Positions 55,076-64,000 of a stretch of DNA of 64,000 nucleotides are shown here, one piece after another; positions within the stretch are counted from its first letter, which is position 1; each line of letters opens with the position of its first letter. The DNA comes from a virus. The stretch lies in the IMG/VR virus record IMGVR_UViG_3300024518_003060, positions 7,358-71,357 of that record. One strand, 5' to 3'. The translations under genes and the position numbers were made by a program. The notes below the pieces were generated by a model, which did no database searches, was not told the DNA's origin, and was given only the letters and a program-made list of their open reading frames with translations.

Positions 55076-57447
55076 TACGAATAAATCTCCTCATTTAAGA
55101 TGTTTTTGCCGCCGTTGATGAGGGCAAGATTGTATGTCCAGGCATAAAAAATAAAATTCATGCCGCTGATCCCGCCGGTAAGTTGGCCGAGGGATTGAAT
55201 TGTTGACTTGTTACAATCGTGTGATTCTATTTCGTCGTCGAATGCTGCCAATCTATATTTGACTTTGGTGATCGACATAAGAAACTTGATTAATTTTTGC
55301 ATTGATTGAAGTGCCGCCTTCGTACCTAACTTATGGCAATTATAAATATTATCGTCTTTGATTAATACACAATTTGGTTTAGCAATGTCAGACCTTTCGC
55401 TTGTAATTGGAAAATCTGTGCCTGGGCCGAAGCCAAAGGCTATGTTTATTGAGGCTAAACTTACTGGTGTATCGTATCTCAAGGCGCAAGCAGCGTCAAT
55501 CAACTGAATAATTTGGCCGGTATGAGTTACAATAAAATGAGGAATTTTCTTGCCAAGGGCAATCATTGAGTGAATGGAGTTCTTAAAGTAATATTCGTCA
55601 TCCAAGTTATTTCCAAGGGTTTGAACGGTTATGTGAGATACTTGATTGCGATTTCTGTAGACGCTTGCGGTATAGCGTTCCTTTCTGTGTAACAGGCCGA
55701 GACCTTTATTGTTTCTATCAAACCACCTTTTGTTGTCCTTTGGAAAACCTGACGCTCCGTCGAACCTAACAATCTTAAAGGGGCAGTTGATCTTTAGATC
55801 GGCAAACTTTATATTATTTACTCCTTTGTGGGAGTTGGCTAAAAATTGTAAGTCATCACCTGAAATGTTAGAATCACAAAATTGCCTGACCATTTTCTTC
55901 TGAGCATCAACGTGAATTGCGTAGTCGCTATAAGGCGGATAATTTGAATGGCATTCGTCGGGTGTTGATGGCGGCGCTTTTGGCTCTGGACCTTGAGGGT
56001 TTGGAGGTGGCTCTGGAATGGAATCAGAGAATTTCGATTTGCCGGGGTCGGCAATCATCTTTACCATCAGCCAATCTTGAAACGTTACAGCGTCTTCTGG
56101 ATATACAATGGTGTCGACGCTGCTGTCCTTGTCCTCAGTTTTCTTCCCCTTCAATTCAGCGGCCTTAAAGGGCGTGGCTGTCATTTCTGCGAATGCTGCT
56201 GGAAAAATAAGGTCAATTCTATCTTTATTGTCAGTAAAATACCCTGTTATTTTTTTGTGGTCTTCGGCAGAAAGCTGGTTTACCCCTGAAGGTTTTATTT
56301 CCAATTGAGAAACATTAACGATATGATGGTAAAGATCCCTAATAAAAAATTGCATTGCGACTGTTGGCTCTATTAAGTGAGAATGGTTCAAGTCTTTATA
56401 AGAATCAGACAGAACTTTGGCCTCAGTTAATGCAGCTTTGGATTCATTAAAGCGATCTCTGCTTATTCTAAACATTCCAAAATTATCTTTTACTGATTTG
56501 ACAGAAATTGCGGTGTTGCCGCCGACAGATAAGCCTGCGGGAACTTGACCCGAGACTTGGTACATTAAGCCCCAAATAAGAGGTGTCCAAAAATTAGTAG
56601 CATGAGCAGCGCCATAAAAGGATAGGCCAGGAGTCTTAGCGAATTCGTCAACTTGATAATGCAAGTCATAAGCAAGATTTCCCTCCGACCAATACTTTTT
56701 GATTCTCTCCATATTTAACATCTCTATACCATACAAATATTTAATATAAAGCTCTCTGTACATGCCTTCATTGTTGTTCTTTTTTGGTACAGCTTCTTCG
56801 GTGATTGTGACGTTTCCAGCAACACTTGTATTGTTGTTAGAAATGGTTTTAAGACTCATAAGAAGCTTGCATTTAAACGCATCAGAGGCATCTTTACCTC
56901 CTTTGTCTGTCATAGAAGTTAACGACAAAGAGGATTTAGTGTTGTTAATATAAAGACCTCCCCCTTGTTTATCCATAATCTTTATAGTTATTTTATCGCC
57001 CACATGCAACGGTTTCTTAGATAACTCTTCGGTGCTCGCAAAGAACACTGGGAACATAGCTTCAATGACTTTTTTATCTTTATTGGAAGGGCTTAAAATA
57101 CTTTTCGGGAGGCTTCGATCCGTGTGTATCTCGGGAATAAGAACTCGGCAAGCCTTTGGTTTAAACTTAGAAGTTGTCTTCACTGATTTCTCAAAGGCTA
57201 ATTGTGGTCTACCAGTGGCCATCAATCTTGCTGTTTCTTCGTCGCTTAAAATTTGTAAGCAAATCCCGTTAAGTTCACGGTTTACCATGGTATGTTTGGG
57301 ATTTAGACTTTTCTTGAACATTTTTTTGAATTGATCAAGAAAAGTATCAAAAGTTATGTCAGTTGTAACTTGGCGATGTTCTGCCACTATAGGGTTCAGG
57401 ACGCCGGGGGCAATATTATTTATACTTAGTTTATTTTTATCCGTCAC
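55075..57447 (-). CDS. gp5-like hub protein with degenerate cell-wall-hydrolase-like domains
   Basis: CRVLIPEIH...LHVGDKITI (OB-like); C-terminal PHFIVTHTGQIIQLID...SINI resembles Amidase_2. Confidence 0.5.
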   Translation of the reverse strand: MTDKNKLSINNIAPGVLNPIVAEHRQVTTDITFDTFLDQFKKMFKKSLNPKHTMVNRELNGICLQILSDEETARLMATGRPQLAFEKSVKTTSKFKPKACRVLIPEIHTDRSLPKSILSPSNKDKKVIEAMFPVFFASTEELSKKPLHVGDKITIKIMDKQGGGLYINNTKSSLSLTSMTDKGGKDASDAFKCKLLMSLKTISNNNTSVAGNVTITEEAVPKKNNNEGMYRELYIKYLYGIEMLNMERIKKYWSEGNLAYDLHYQVDEFAKTPGLSFYGAAHATNFWTPLIWGLMYQVSGQVPAGLSVGGNTAISVKSVKDNFGMFRISRDRFNESKAALTEAKVLSDSYKDLNHSHLIEPTVAMQFFIRDLYHHIVNVSQLEIKPSGVNQLSAEDHKKITGYFTDNKDRIDLIFPAAFAEMTATPFKAAELKGKKTEDKDSSVDTIVYPEDAVTFQDWLMVKMIADPGKSKFSDSIPEPPPNPQGPEPKAPPSTPDECHSNYPPYSDYAIHVDAQKKMVRQFCDSNISGDDLQFLANSHKGVNNIKFADLKINCPFKIVRFDGASGFPKDNKRWFDRNNKGLGLLHRKERYTASVYRNRNQVSHITVQTLGNNLDDEYYFKNSIHSMIALGKKIPHFIVTHTGQIIQLIDAACALRYDTPVSLASINIAFGFGPGTDFPITSERSDIAKPNCVLIKDDNIYNCHKLGTKAALQSMQKLIKFLMSITKVKYRLAAFDDEIESHDCNKSTIQSLGQLTGGISGMNFIFYAWTYNLALINGGKNILNEEIYS

Positions 57448-57751
57448 TATTTGCTTCGCCCTGAATTATATCGAACAAATCATTTTTGTCTTTGTCATCT
57501 AAACTAAGTGAGTTATCTTGTTTCTTGGAAAGAATCGAGGTCAACTTAACCAGTTGTTCGTTTGATCTTTGAAGCGTTTCAACATATTTTGAGGCTATAA
57601 ACCCCAAATCTTTATGCGTTTCGGTGGTTCCGGCATTGTTTATTTCTAAAAGGAGGTCAGAAAGAAGAGCAGATGTAACGTCTCTGTCGTTTCGGATATT
57701 TTTAATAGCTTCTTTGATATAAGATTCTAATTTGCTTAGTTGTTGTCCCAT
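57437..57751 (-). CDS. Hypothetical protein
   Basis: 104-aa helical ORF overlapping both neighbours. Confidence 0.7.
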   Translation of the reverse strand: MGQQLSKLESYIKEAIKNIRNDRDVTSALLSDLLLEINNAGTTETHKDLGFIASKYVETLQRSNEQLVKLTSILSKKQDNSLSLDDKDKNDLFDIIQGEANSDG

Positions 57752-58437
57752 TCTTTTTTAAACTCTCTATAGCGTTTTCTTATCTTGTTTAAGGAGCTTA
57801 CGACCTGTTTTGTGTTGAGGCCCGTAATCTCCCTGATATATAGGTATATAGCTTTTTTATTAAAAATTTCTATGTTTTCGGAGTCTTCGAATAGGATTTG
57901 AATGGCTTGAATTGTTTTTTTCTCGTTCGCTCTCAGTGGCATCTCTAGCCAGTGGTCGACTTCTCGCTTCAAGTGACCAAGAAACTCGAATTTGTTTCTT
58001 TCTTCGATGTATGTATTATGCACCACAAGATTGGAATTTAAATCACTAACTTTGCTTTTGCTCGAAGTCGAGCTTATATAATAATCTTCTAGGTGGATTT
58101 CTCTTTTAGCCTTCTTGCTTGTCTTTTTTACCTGAGCAATAAACCAATTCTTTGAGACAACGCTGAAATAAGTGAAAGCTTTTGATCCTTTACTCGCATC
58201 AAACTTGCTCAGAACAGTTATGAGCCAATTCTTGCAGTCTTCTCGAAGAGAATCAATGTTTGGTAGATTGGTGAACTTATAGGTGAAGACTATCTTGTCT
58301 ACCATCTCATCAAAAACTGGTCCTATAAATTCTTTATAAAGTTGATTTCTTACTTTAAGGTCGTCAGTGCTGCAATAGTCAATTATTGCTTGCTCATGGA
58401 CCTTTGTAAAGTAGTGGTTTTTACGCTTCCTCGCCAT
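57736..58437 (-). CDS. Late-transcription sigma factor, T4 gp55-like
   Basis: NHYFT..., KFDASKGSKAFTYFSVVSKNWFI resembles sigma region 2 of gp55-type factors; C-terminal HTH-like YIREITGLNTKQV. Confidence 0.65.
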   Translation of the reverse strand: MARKRKNHYFTKVHEQAIIDYCSTDDLKVRNQLYKEFIGPVFDEMVDKIVFTYKFTNLPNIDSLREDCKNWLITVLSKFDASKGSKAFTYFSVVSKNWFIAQVKKTSKKAKREIHLEDYYISSTSSKSKVSDLNSNLVVHNTYIEERNKFEFLGHLKREVDHWLEMPLRANEKKTIQAIQILFEDSENIEIFNKKAIYLYIREITGLNTKQVVSSLNKIRKRYREFKKEWDNN

Positions 58438-58756
58438 CTAATTCCTCTATTTCTTCGCCTTCTTCGTCCAATCCTTCTTCGCTTGGTTCTTCTTCGATTT
58501 GAAGCACAAAATTCCTAAAATTATGACTTTCCTCTACAATATTCTTTGAGTGGGTTAAAAGATTTTTTAAAGTCTCATCGCCATAAAAGGTTTCTAAGCT
58601 GTAGATAACGCTTATGTGTTCCTCGTATTCTTCCAAGCGAACAACAAAATCCTCTAGCATCTCTTGAAAATTGATAAAACGGCTAATAAGTCGTATAATA
58701 TACCAAATAAACAGGCAGTTTACCAAAACAGAAAACATTAATAAAAATTCAATCAT
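58421..58756 (-). CDS. Hypothetical membrane-anchored protein
   Basis: N-terminal TM helix, acidic tail. Confidence 0.65.
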   Translation of the reverse strand: MIEFLLMFSVLVNCLFIWYIIRLISRFINFQEMLEDFVVRLEEYEEHISVIYSLETFYGDETLKNLLTHSKNIVEESHNFRNFVLQIEEEPSEEGLDEEGEEIEELDGEEA

Positions 58757-59001
58757 CGCTTGTCATCAAGCTCCTTTCTTTCTTGCTTAAGTTCTTCTCT
58801 CGCATTCTCGATAAATTCTTTAGTTACGTCGCCAGTGCGACTCTTTACCGTGCGCTTCTTCGCAAGATTTGTAAACAATGTCGGAACTCTTCTAATGTCG
58901 CCACTTTCACATGAATCACACTTCTCGTGTTCTTCTGTCATTCCATGGGAAACTTTAAACTGATCTTCGCAGGTCAAACATTCATAGATATAAATTGGCA
59001 C
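58753..59001 (-). CDS. FmdB-family zinc-ribbon protein
   Basis: MPIYIYECLTC...CDSCES. Confidence 0.8.
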   Translation of the reverse strand: MPIYIYECLTCEDQFKVSHGMTEEHEKCDSCESGDIRRVPTLFTNLAKKRTVKSRTGDVTKEFIENAREELKQERKELDDKR

Positions 59002-59002
59002 T

Positions 59003-59212
59003 CTACCCTTCTACGTTCTTGAACTGTTCAGTTGTCTCTTCATTGAATTTAACGAGTGGCGGGTTCATTACAATGAGACCATCGTCAGACAATTTAAACT
59101 TAAACTCCTTCAGTACTGGTACAATATCGCTTTGTTCCATAAGGCTTTTCTGTAGTGCCATCATCAGCGCACCAACAGATTGATCTGTTAATTTCATTTC
59201 TTTTTTAGACAT
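59003..59212 (-). CDS. Hypothetical protein
   Basis: 69-aa ORF in operon with SD GGAG. Confidence 0.65.
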   Translation of the reverse strand: MSKKEMKLTDQSVGALMMALQKSLMEQSDIVPVLKEFKFKLSDDGLIVMNPPLVKFNEETTEQFKNVEG

Positions 59213-59213
59213 T

Positions 59214-59516
59214 TTATATCTCCTCTATTCTTTTTGTTTTGTCGCATATAAGTAAATCATAGTGGGGTTTATCATTCATCAATAATTCGTGATGCTTTGC
59301 TCCCCATCTTTCAAGTTGTGTTCTAGTTGCCAAGGTCCAGTCAATTCCTGTTACGGCCCCTCTGGCAGTCCAATAAACAATATTGTTGCCAGCATCATAG
59401 AGTTTGTTCACTTTCTCTATGTTTTCTCTTATCGGTTCAGCGGTTTCGTAGTCAAGACCTTTGGCTATAGTACATATTGTACCATCAATGTCAACAAAAA
59501 TTAATTTATTTTTCAT
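59214..59516 (-). CDS. Small HAD-superfamily phosphatase (polysaccharide-locus type)
   Basis: FVDIDGTI, YWTARG, KP..D..ICDK. Confidence 0.8.
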   Translation of the reverse strand: MKNKLIFVDIDGTICTIAKGLDYETAEPIRENIEKVNKLYDAGNNIVYWTARGAVTGIDWTLATRTQLERWGAKHHELLMNDKPHYDLLICDKTKRIEEI

Positions 59517-60504
59517 TATTTACACGATTTATTCCAGAAATCTTACACATTTCGTTCCAATCTGAGTCATACATCATTTGAGCAAGCTGTTTCAGGTCAA
59601 CTTTTGGCTTCCATCCTAAAATCTCTTGAGCCTTGGAACTGTCGCCTAAAAGATACGGAACTTCGTTGGGCCTAAAGAATCGTTCGTCGATTTCAACATG
59701 CTTTTCTATGCTTAATCCAGCAATATCAAAAACGTGTTCAAGGAAATCTTTGACGGAATGGACTTGGCCTGTGGCTATAACGTAATCGTCAGGTTTTTCT
59801 TGTTGTAACATCAACCACATGGCTTCTACATAGTCTCCAGCAAAGCCCCAATCCCTTTTTGCGTCCAAATTACCCAAATAAAGTTTATCTTGTAAACCTG
59901 CTTTAATTTTAACTGCGGCTTGGGTAATCTTTCTTGTGACGAAAGTTTCGCCTCTTCGTGGTGATTCGTGGTTAAACAAAATACCAGAAGAGGCATGAAC
60001 TCCATAACCTTCACGATAATTTCTTGTGAGGTGATGAGCAAAAACTTTCGCGCAAGCGTAAGGAGAAACTGGTTTTAGGGCTGACTCTTCGTCAAATGGG
60101 TAATTCCAGTTGTCTCCAAACATCTCTGAGGAGGATGCCTGATAAAATTTACTTTTCGGAACAACTTCTTTGAGGGCGTTAAGAAGATGTAAGGTTCCCA
60201 AGGCGATTGAACTAACCGTTTCTTCAGTAGTTGAAAAGGAAACCTTTACATGGGATTGCGCTCCTAAATTGTAAATTTCATCAGGCTTGTGTTTTATTAA
60301 AAGTTGCCAAGTGCGGCTACAGTCGTTTAAATTGTAATATTCTACAATAAAGTTGGGGTCATTAAAGAGGTGATTGATTCGGTTTGTGGATATTTCTGAG
60401 CTTCTTCGTTTCAATCCGATAACGCGATAGCCTTTGGACAAGAGAAATTCAGCAAGATACGAGCCATCTTGACCCGTAACGCCTGTGATTAAGGCTGTTT
60501 TCAT
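59506..60504 (-). CDS. gmd: GDP-mannose 4,6-dehydratase
   Basis: ALITGVTGQDGSYLAEFLL, AQSHV, YQASSSE, SPYACAK, LFNHESPRRGETFVTRKI, RDWG. Confidence 0.96.
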   Translation of the reverse strand: MKTALITGVTGQDGSYLAEFLLSKGYRVIGLKRRSSEISTNRINHLFNDPNFIVEYYNLNDCSRTWQLLIKHKPDEIYNLGAQSHVKVSFSTTEETVSSIALGTLHLLNALKEVVPKSKFYQASSSEMFGDNWNYPFDEESALKPVSPYACAKVFAHHLTRNYREGYGVHASSGILFNHESPRRGETFVTRKITQAAVKIKAGLQDKLYLGNLDAKRDWGFAGDYVEAMWLMLQQEKPDDYVIATGQVHSVKDFLEHVFDIAGLSIEKHVEIDERFFRPNEVPYLLGDSSKAQEILGWKPKVDLKQLAQMMYDSDWNEMCKISGINRVNNEK

Positions 60505-61445
60505 TTGACGCCTCTAACTTTTGGATAATTCTCTAGAAACCAATCGCAAGTTTCTCGCATGGCTTCCTTGAAATCGGTATAGTTTTCATTTTTCCAGCCC
60601 AATTCTACAAATTTAGAATTGTCAGAGGGCTTTCTGAATTGGCCGTTGCCGACTGTATCATCCCAAATTACTTCTATGTTGTGGTCTAATAACTCGCAAA
60701 CCATATCAGCAATTGCCGCAATGGAATATTCGTTAGGATTGCCAACATTCATTGGGTGTTCTTCGTTAAGATTATTAAAAGCAAAAATAATAACTTTGGC
60801 CAGGTCATCTGAGAAAGTAAATTCTCGTAGAGATTTGCCATTGCCCCATAACTTGACAGGCTCATTCTTTCTTTTTGCCTCGAACACTTTTCTAATGACT
60901 GATGGGATGACGTGACTCTCTGTTAGGTGAAAGTTGTCGTGTTTGCCAAAGAGATTGTTAGGAATGATATTTACAAAATTACAGCCATATTGGTTTCTGT
61001 ATGCTCGGGATTGGACATCGATCATTCGCTTGGAGTAGCCATAGCCCATATTGATCCAATGCGGTTCACCATTGTGGATAGTTTCCTCTTTTAAGGGGTA
61101 TTCTGCCTTGTCGGGATATACACAGGTGCTTAACGTGGAAAGAAGCTTTTCAACACCAAACTTTTGCGAAATATCAATAATATTTGTGTTCATTAAAATG
61201 TTCTGCGTGAAGTGCGTTCCGAGTGCATCCATGTTTCCTTTCATCCCACTGACTTTGGCAGCTAAGTGAATAACATATTTTGGCTTATAATATTCGAAAA
61301 TGCGCTCAACCTCAGAATATTTTGTGAGGTTGCAGTCTTTGGTGCTTAAATAGTGAGCGTCTGGCATGACTTTTTGTAGAGCGCGACCGACCATTCCTGT
61401 TCCGCCTGTAACCAGAACGTCTTCTTGACAGCTTAAAATATCCAT
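60501..61445 (-). CDS. fcl: GDP-4-keto-6-deoxymannose epimerase/reductase (GDP-L-fucose synthase family)
   Basis: VTGGTGMVG, IHLAAKV, LSTCVYP, YGYSK, SHVIP, WGNGKSLREF. Confidence 0.9.
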   Translation of the reverse strand: MDILSCQEDVLVTGGTGMVGRALQKVMPDAHYLSTKDCNLTKYSEVERIFEYYKPKYVIHLAAKVSGMKGNMDALGTHFTQNILMNTNIIDISQKFGVEKLLSTLSTCVYPDKAEYPLKEETIHNGEPHWINMGYGYSKRMIDVQSRAYRNQYGCNFVNIIPNNLFGKHDNFHLTESHVIPSVIRKVFEAKRKNEPVKLWGNGKSLREFTFSDDLAKVIIFAFNNLNEEHPMNVGNPNEYSIAAIADMVCELLDHNIEVIWDDTVGNGQFRKPSDNSKFVELGWKNENYTDFKEAMRETCDWFLENYPKVRGVK

Positions 61446-62705
61446 TTAAATTTCCTCATCTGGATAAACTAGAAATTGTGGGCACGGTACAATGAGTTTG
61501 CCTCCAGCGTGAACAAAATCTTTTTCTCTCTTTGCAAACTCTTTTATGAAGTGCCAAGGAAGTATCAAGAGATAGTCAGGATTTGCTTCTCTCATCTCTG
61601 CTTCTGATTTAATTGGGATATCTGTTCCTGCTGTCTTTAGGTCAAACTTGTAGGGTGATTTCTCAGCAATGGCGTCAATATAAGTGTTATCAAGTCCGTA
61701 CCATTGAAGCAAAGTATTTCCTTTTGTAGAGGCGCCATAACCCCAAATCTTCTTTCCTTTGAGTTTTTCTTGTTTGATAAAATTGACAGTGTGTTTTTTA
61801 AGTTCGCAGATCTCTTCGTAGAATCGCTCATATGTTTCTGGCTTATCAAGATTGAGAGATTTTTCATATTCCAATAGAGAGGCGACGCGGAAGTCTGCGA
61901 CATCGCGTTCTTGTTTGCATCTGAAGTTTGATTTGTCGGATTCCTTTTTCATCGCAAAAATTCGGAAGCTGCCACCATTCACGTCGTTTAAGGTACAATC
62001 AACAATATCAAGTCCCGCTTGATCAAAAAGATATTTAAGGGAACTCAGGGAATAATAGCAGATGTGTTCATGACAAATGTTGTCGAAGGCAAGTTGTTTG
62101 AGCATTAAAGGAGTATAACTAAGCTGTAATACCCAAATGCCATCGTCATCTAAGATTTCTTTTACGTCGTTTGCGAAAGTCAGCGGATCGTCAAGATCGT
62201 AGAACATAGCAATCGTTGTGATAATCTTTGGCTTGTTATTGCCGTAAGCTGTCTTTTTGTACACATCTGCGCTAAAGAAATCTCTTACAGCGACGTCTGC
62301 TCTTTTAGCCGCTTCTTTGGTGAAGGACTCGTCGGCAGGGTCAATGCCAACTTTAATTAAATGTTCTGGAATAAACTCAAACATTGTACCATCGTTACAG
62401 GCAATATCTAAGAAAACGTCGCCCGGTTTGGTGGGGACTGATTCTAAGCAAACGTCAACAACGTCTTTTAGTTTTCTACGCATTGTGCTGTTTATACCAG
62501 AACGATACCAATATTTGCCATACATTTTATCTAGGGGGATCGGTTCGTCAAGTTGTAAAAGGCCAGATTCTTCACAAAGCATCATTTTTAAAGAGCCTTT
62601 GCCAAATCGCGCTTCTTCGTCTTCAGCGATGAAGTCCGACATATGAAGTTCGCCAAGGTCGAATACACATTTTGTTTCTTTTCCAGATAATCTACATTTT
62701 GACAT
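61446..62705 (-). CDS. SAM-dependent NDP-hexose C-methyltransferase
   Basis: YWYRSG, LDIACNDGT, FDNICHEHICYYS, NGGSFR, GYGASTKGNTLL, LILPWHF, GGKLIVPCP. Confidence 0.88.
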   Translation of the reverse strand: MSKCRLSGKETKCVFDLGELHMSDFIAEDEEARFGKGSLKMMLCEESGLLQLDEPIPLDKMYGKYWYRSGINSTMRRKLKDVVDVCLESVPTKPGDVFLDIACNDGTMFEFIPEHLIKVGIDPADESFTKEAAKRADVAVRDFFSADVYKKTAYGNNKPKIITTIAMFYDLDDPLTFANDVKEILDDDGIWVLQLSYTPLMLKQLAFDNICHEHICYYSLSSLKYLFDQAGLDIVDCTLNDVNGGSFRIFAMKKESDKSNFRCKQERDVADFRVASLLEYEKSLNLDKPETYERFYEEICELKKHTVNFIKQEKLKGKKIWGYGASTKGNTLLQWYGLDNTYIDAIAEKSPYKFDLKTAGTDIPIKSEAEMREANPDYLLILPWHFIKEFAKREKDFVHAGGKLIVPCPQFLVYPDEEI

Positions 62706-62707
62706 GA

Positions 62708-63529
62708 TTAATTGCCCCTCAATGAAAGTCTTTTCTTTAGTTCGCTTCCCATTACTATTCTTGGTTCGCTGTGGCCAAGAGCAAGCTCAATATTTCTGAT
62801 GCCTTTGACAAGTTTGATCAAGCCGTGCGGCTCAACAGAAGCCATTTGGTCGCTTCCCCACATTGTTCGATCCAAAGTGATGTGTCTTTCTATCCACTCC
62901 ACTCCCATTGGGACTGTAGCAAAAGTTGTAATAAGGCCAAATTCGTGGCCGCTGTAGCCGATTGCTGCGGAGTGGCCATACTTTTTCTTCAGATAGTGTA
63001 TATAATTTAAATTTAGTTCGCCTACGTTTGAAGGATAACTGGAGTTTGTATGGAAAATAACGTCTGGCTTGCCAACGTCGACGGCTGCTTCAATTTCTTT
63101 TTCGACGCTCATTCCTGTAGAAATCAAAAGGGTGTCGCAGTTGTCTCGGGCATATTTTAATAGGTCATGTTTCGTAATCAGAGCCGAAGGAATCTTGCTA
63201 ACGTCAGCATAGTTTTTCATAAAGTCCACAGAGGGTTCGTCCCATACCGAAGCAAACCATTTGATTCCGACCTTTTCGCAATAAAGGGCTATTTCATCGT
63301 ATTCTTTTTTCTCAAACTCAATCTTGTGCTTGTAATCGATATATGTCATATCGCCCCAAGGGGTTGATCTCATTACGTTTTTTTGTTTTTCTGGCACACA
63401 CAGTTCAGGTGTTCGCTTTTGAAACTTCACATAATCACAGCCTGCCACTTTGGCGACGTCAATGAGTTGTTTGGTGGTTTCTAAGGAACCGTTATGGTTT
63501 ATGCCTATTTCAGCTATTATTTTTATCAT
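62708..63529 (-). CDS. neuB: Nonulosonic acid synthase (NeuB/SpsE family), short form
   Basis: IIAEIGINHNG, VKFQKR, KIPSA, ISTGMS, GYSGHE, IERHITLDRTMWGSDQ. Confidence 0.9.
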   Translation of the reverse strand: MIKIIAEIGINHNGSLETTKQLIDVAKVAGCDYVKFQKRTPELCVPEKQKNVMRSTPWGDMTYIDYKHKIEFEKKEYDEIALYCEKVGIKWFASVWDEPSVDFMKNYADVSKIPSALITKHDLLKYARDNCDTLLISTGMSVEKEIEAAVDVGKPDVIFHTNSSYPSNVGELNLNYIHYLKKKYGHSAAIGYSGHEFGLITTFATVPMGVEWIERHITLDRTMWGSDQMASVEPHGLIKLVKGIRNIELALGHSEPRIVMGSELKKRLSLRGN

Positions 63530-64000
63530 AAAATTTATTTAAATCTTCTAACGTGTCGACATCAACGATGTTTCTTACCTTGTAAAAGATTGTTTTATCA
63601 TTATACATATTATTATTAAGTTTGTTAAGTTCTCCAACCTTAAAAATGCTAACAAAGTGACTCAATTCAAAACATTTGGGGTAGTCTTGCCTTCTGTATA
63701 GGTCGTGCGGTGTCAATTGTTTGCCTTTAAGTCCGTCTTCTATCATACACAAAAATGGACTAATTTTTAAATCTTTTTTGCACAAAAGGGATCGCGAAGA
63801 ATGTTTTCTAAACAACGAGATTGCTTCTTCAACCTCTTCCCAAGTTCTCTCTGGGTAAGTCAAATAGAGCATGGTTATCGTTTCTGTTTCGTGTAAACTA
63901 AACTTTTTAACGACGTCCTTCATCACATCTTTTATGGAAGTATCATCCTGAGCGAGAGATTCCTCTCTCGGAAGAACCTTTAGATCTTTGTCCTTGGCTT
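63510..64000 (-). CDS. neuA: Acylneuraminate cytidylyltransferase (5' end outside window)
   Basis: Frame stays open to the window end: ...PREESLAQDDTSIKDV..., LYLTYPER, RRQD, VDVDTLEDL. Confidence 0.8.
   Translation of the reverse strand, partial: AKDKDLKVLPREESLAQDDTSIKDVMKDVVKKFSLHETETITMLYLTYPERTWEEVEEAISLFRKHSSRSLLCKKDLKISPFLCMIEDGLKGKQLTPHDLYRRQDYPKCFELSHFVSIFKVGELNKLNNNMYNDKTIFYKVRNIVDVDTLEDLNKFYDKNNS

Noticed and set aside
1-64000. Stop-codon reassignment as in some huge phages
   Set aside because: Conserved genes are full length in the standard code, and TAG (e.g. 15696, 22377) and TGA both end genes at operon junctions.

Overview
A 64-kb slice of a large (jumbo-type) T4-superfamily-like myophage genome. 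Nearly every real gene lies on the minus strand, tightly packed, and reads in the standard code. In transcription order (right to left) it holds: a nucleotide-sugar cluster (NeuA-like, NeuB-like, C-methyltransferase, Fcl, Gmd, HAD phosphatase); a gp55-like late sigma factor; baseplate and hub genes (gp5-like, gp25, gp6, a 3047-aa gp7-like/LamG protein, several large unknown virion proteins); a RuvC, primase and fused Mre11-Rad50 block; a lysis-like membrane cassette; tail fibres; and the head module (terminase, portal, prohead protease, ribosomal protein bS21, scaffold, major capsid), followed by a truncated ClpX. The most notable signals are: (1) a strong [S/T]-[G/A/S]-[S/T] enrichment restricted to outer virion proteins, next to a phage-encoded rare-sugar pathway (candidate virion O-glycosylation system); (2) a non-T4 late-promoter motif CTA(A/C)TTA with structured leaders; (3) an unannotated Cys-Cys peptide ORF in the head module. 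All calls come from motif recognition by eye; no database search was run.
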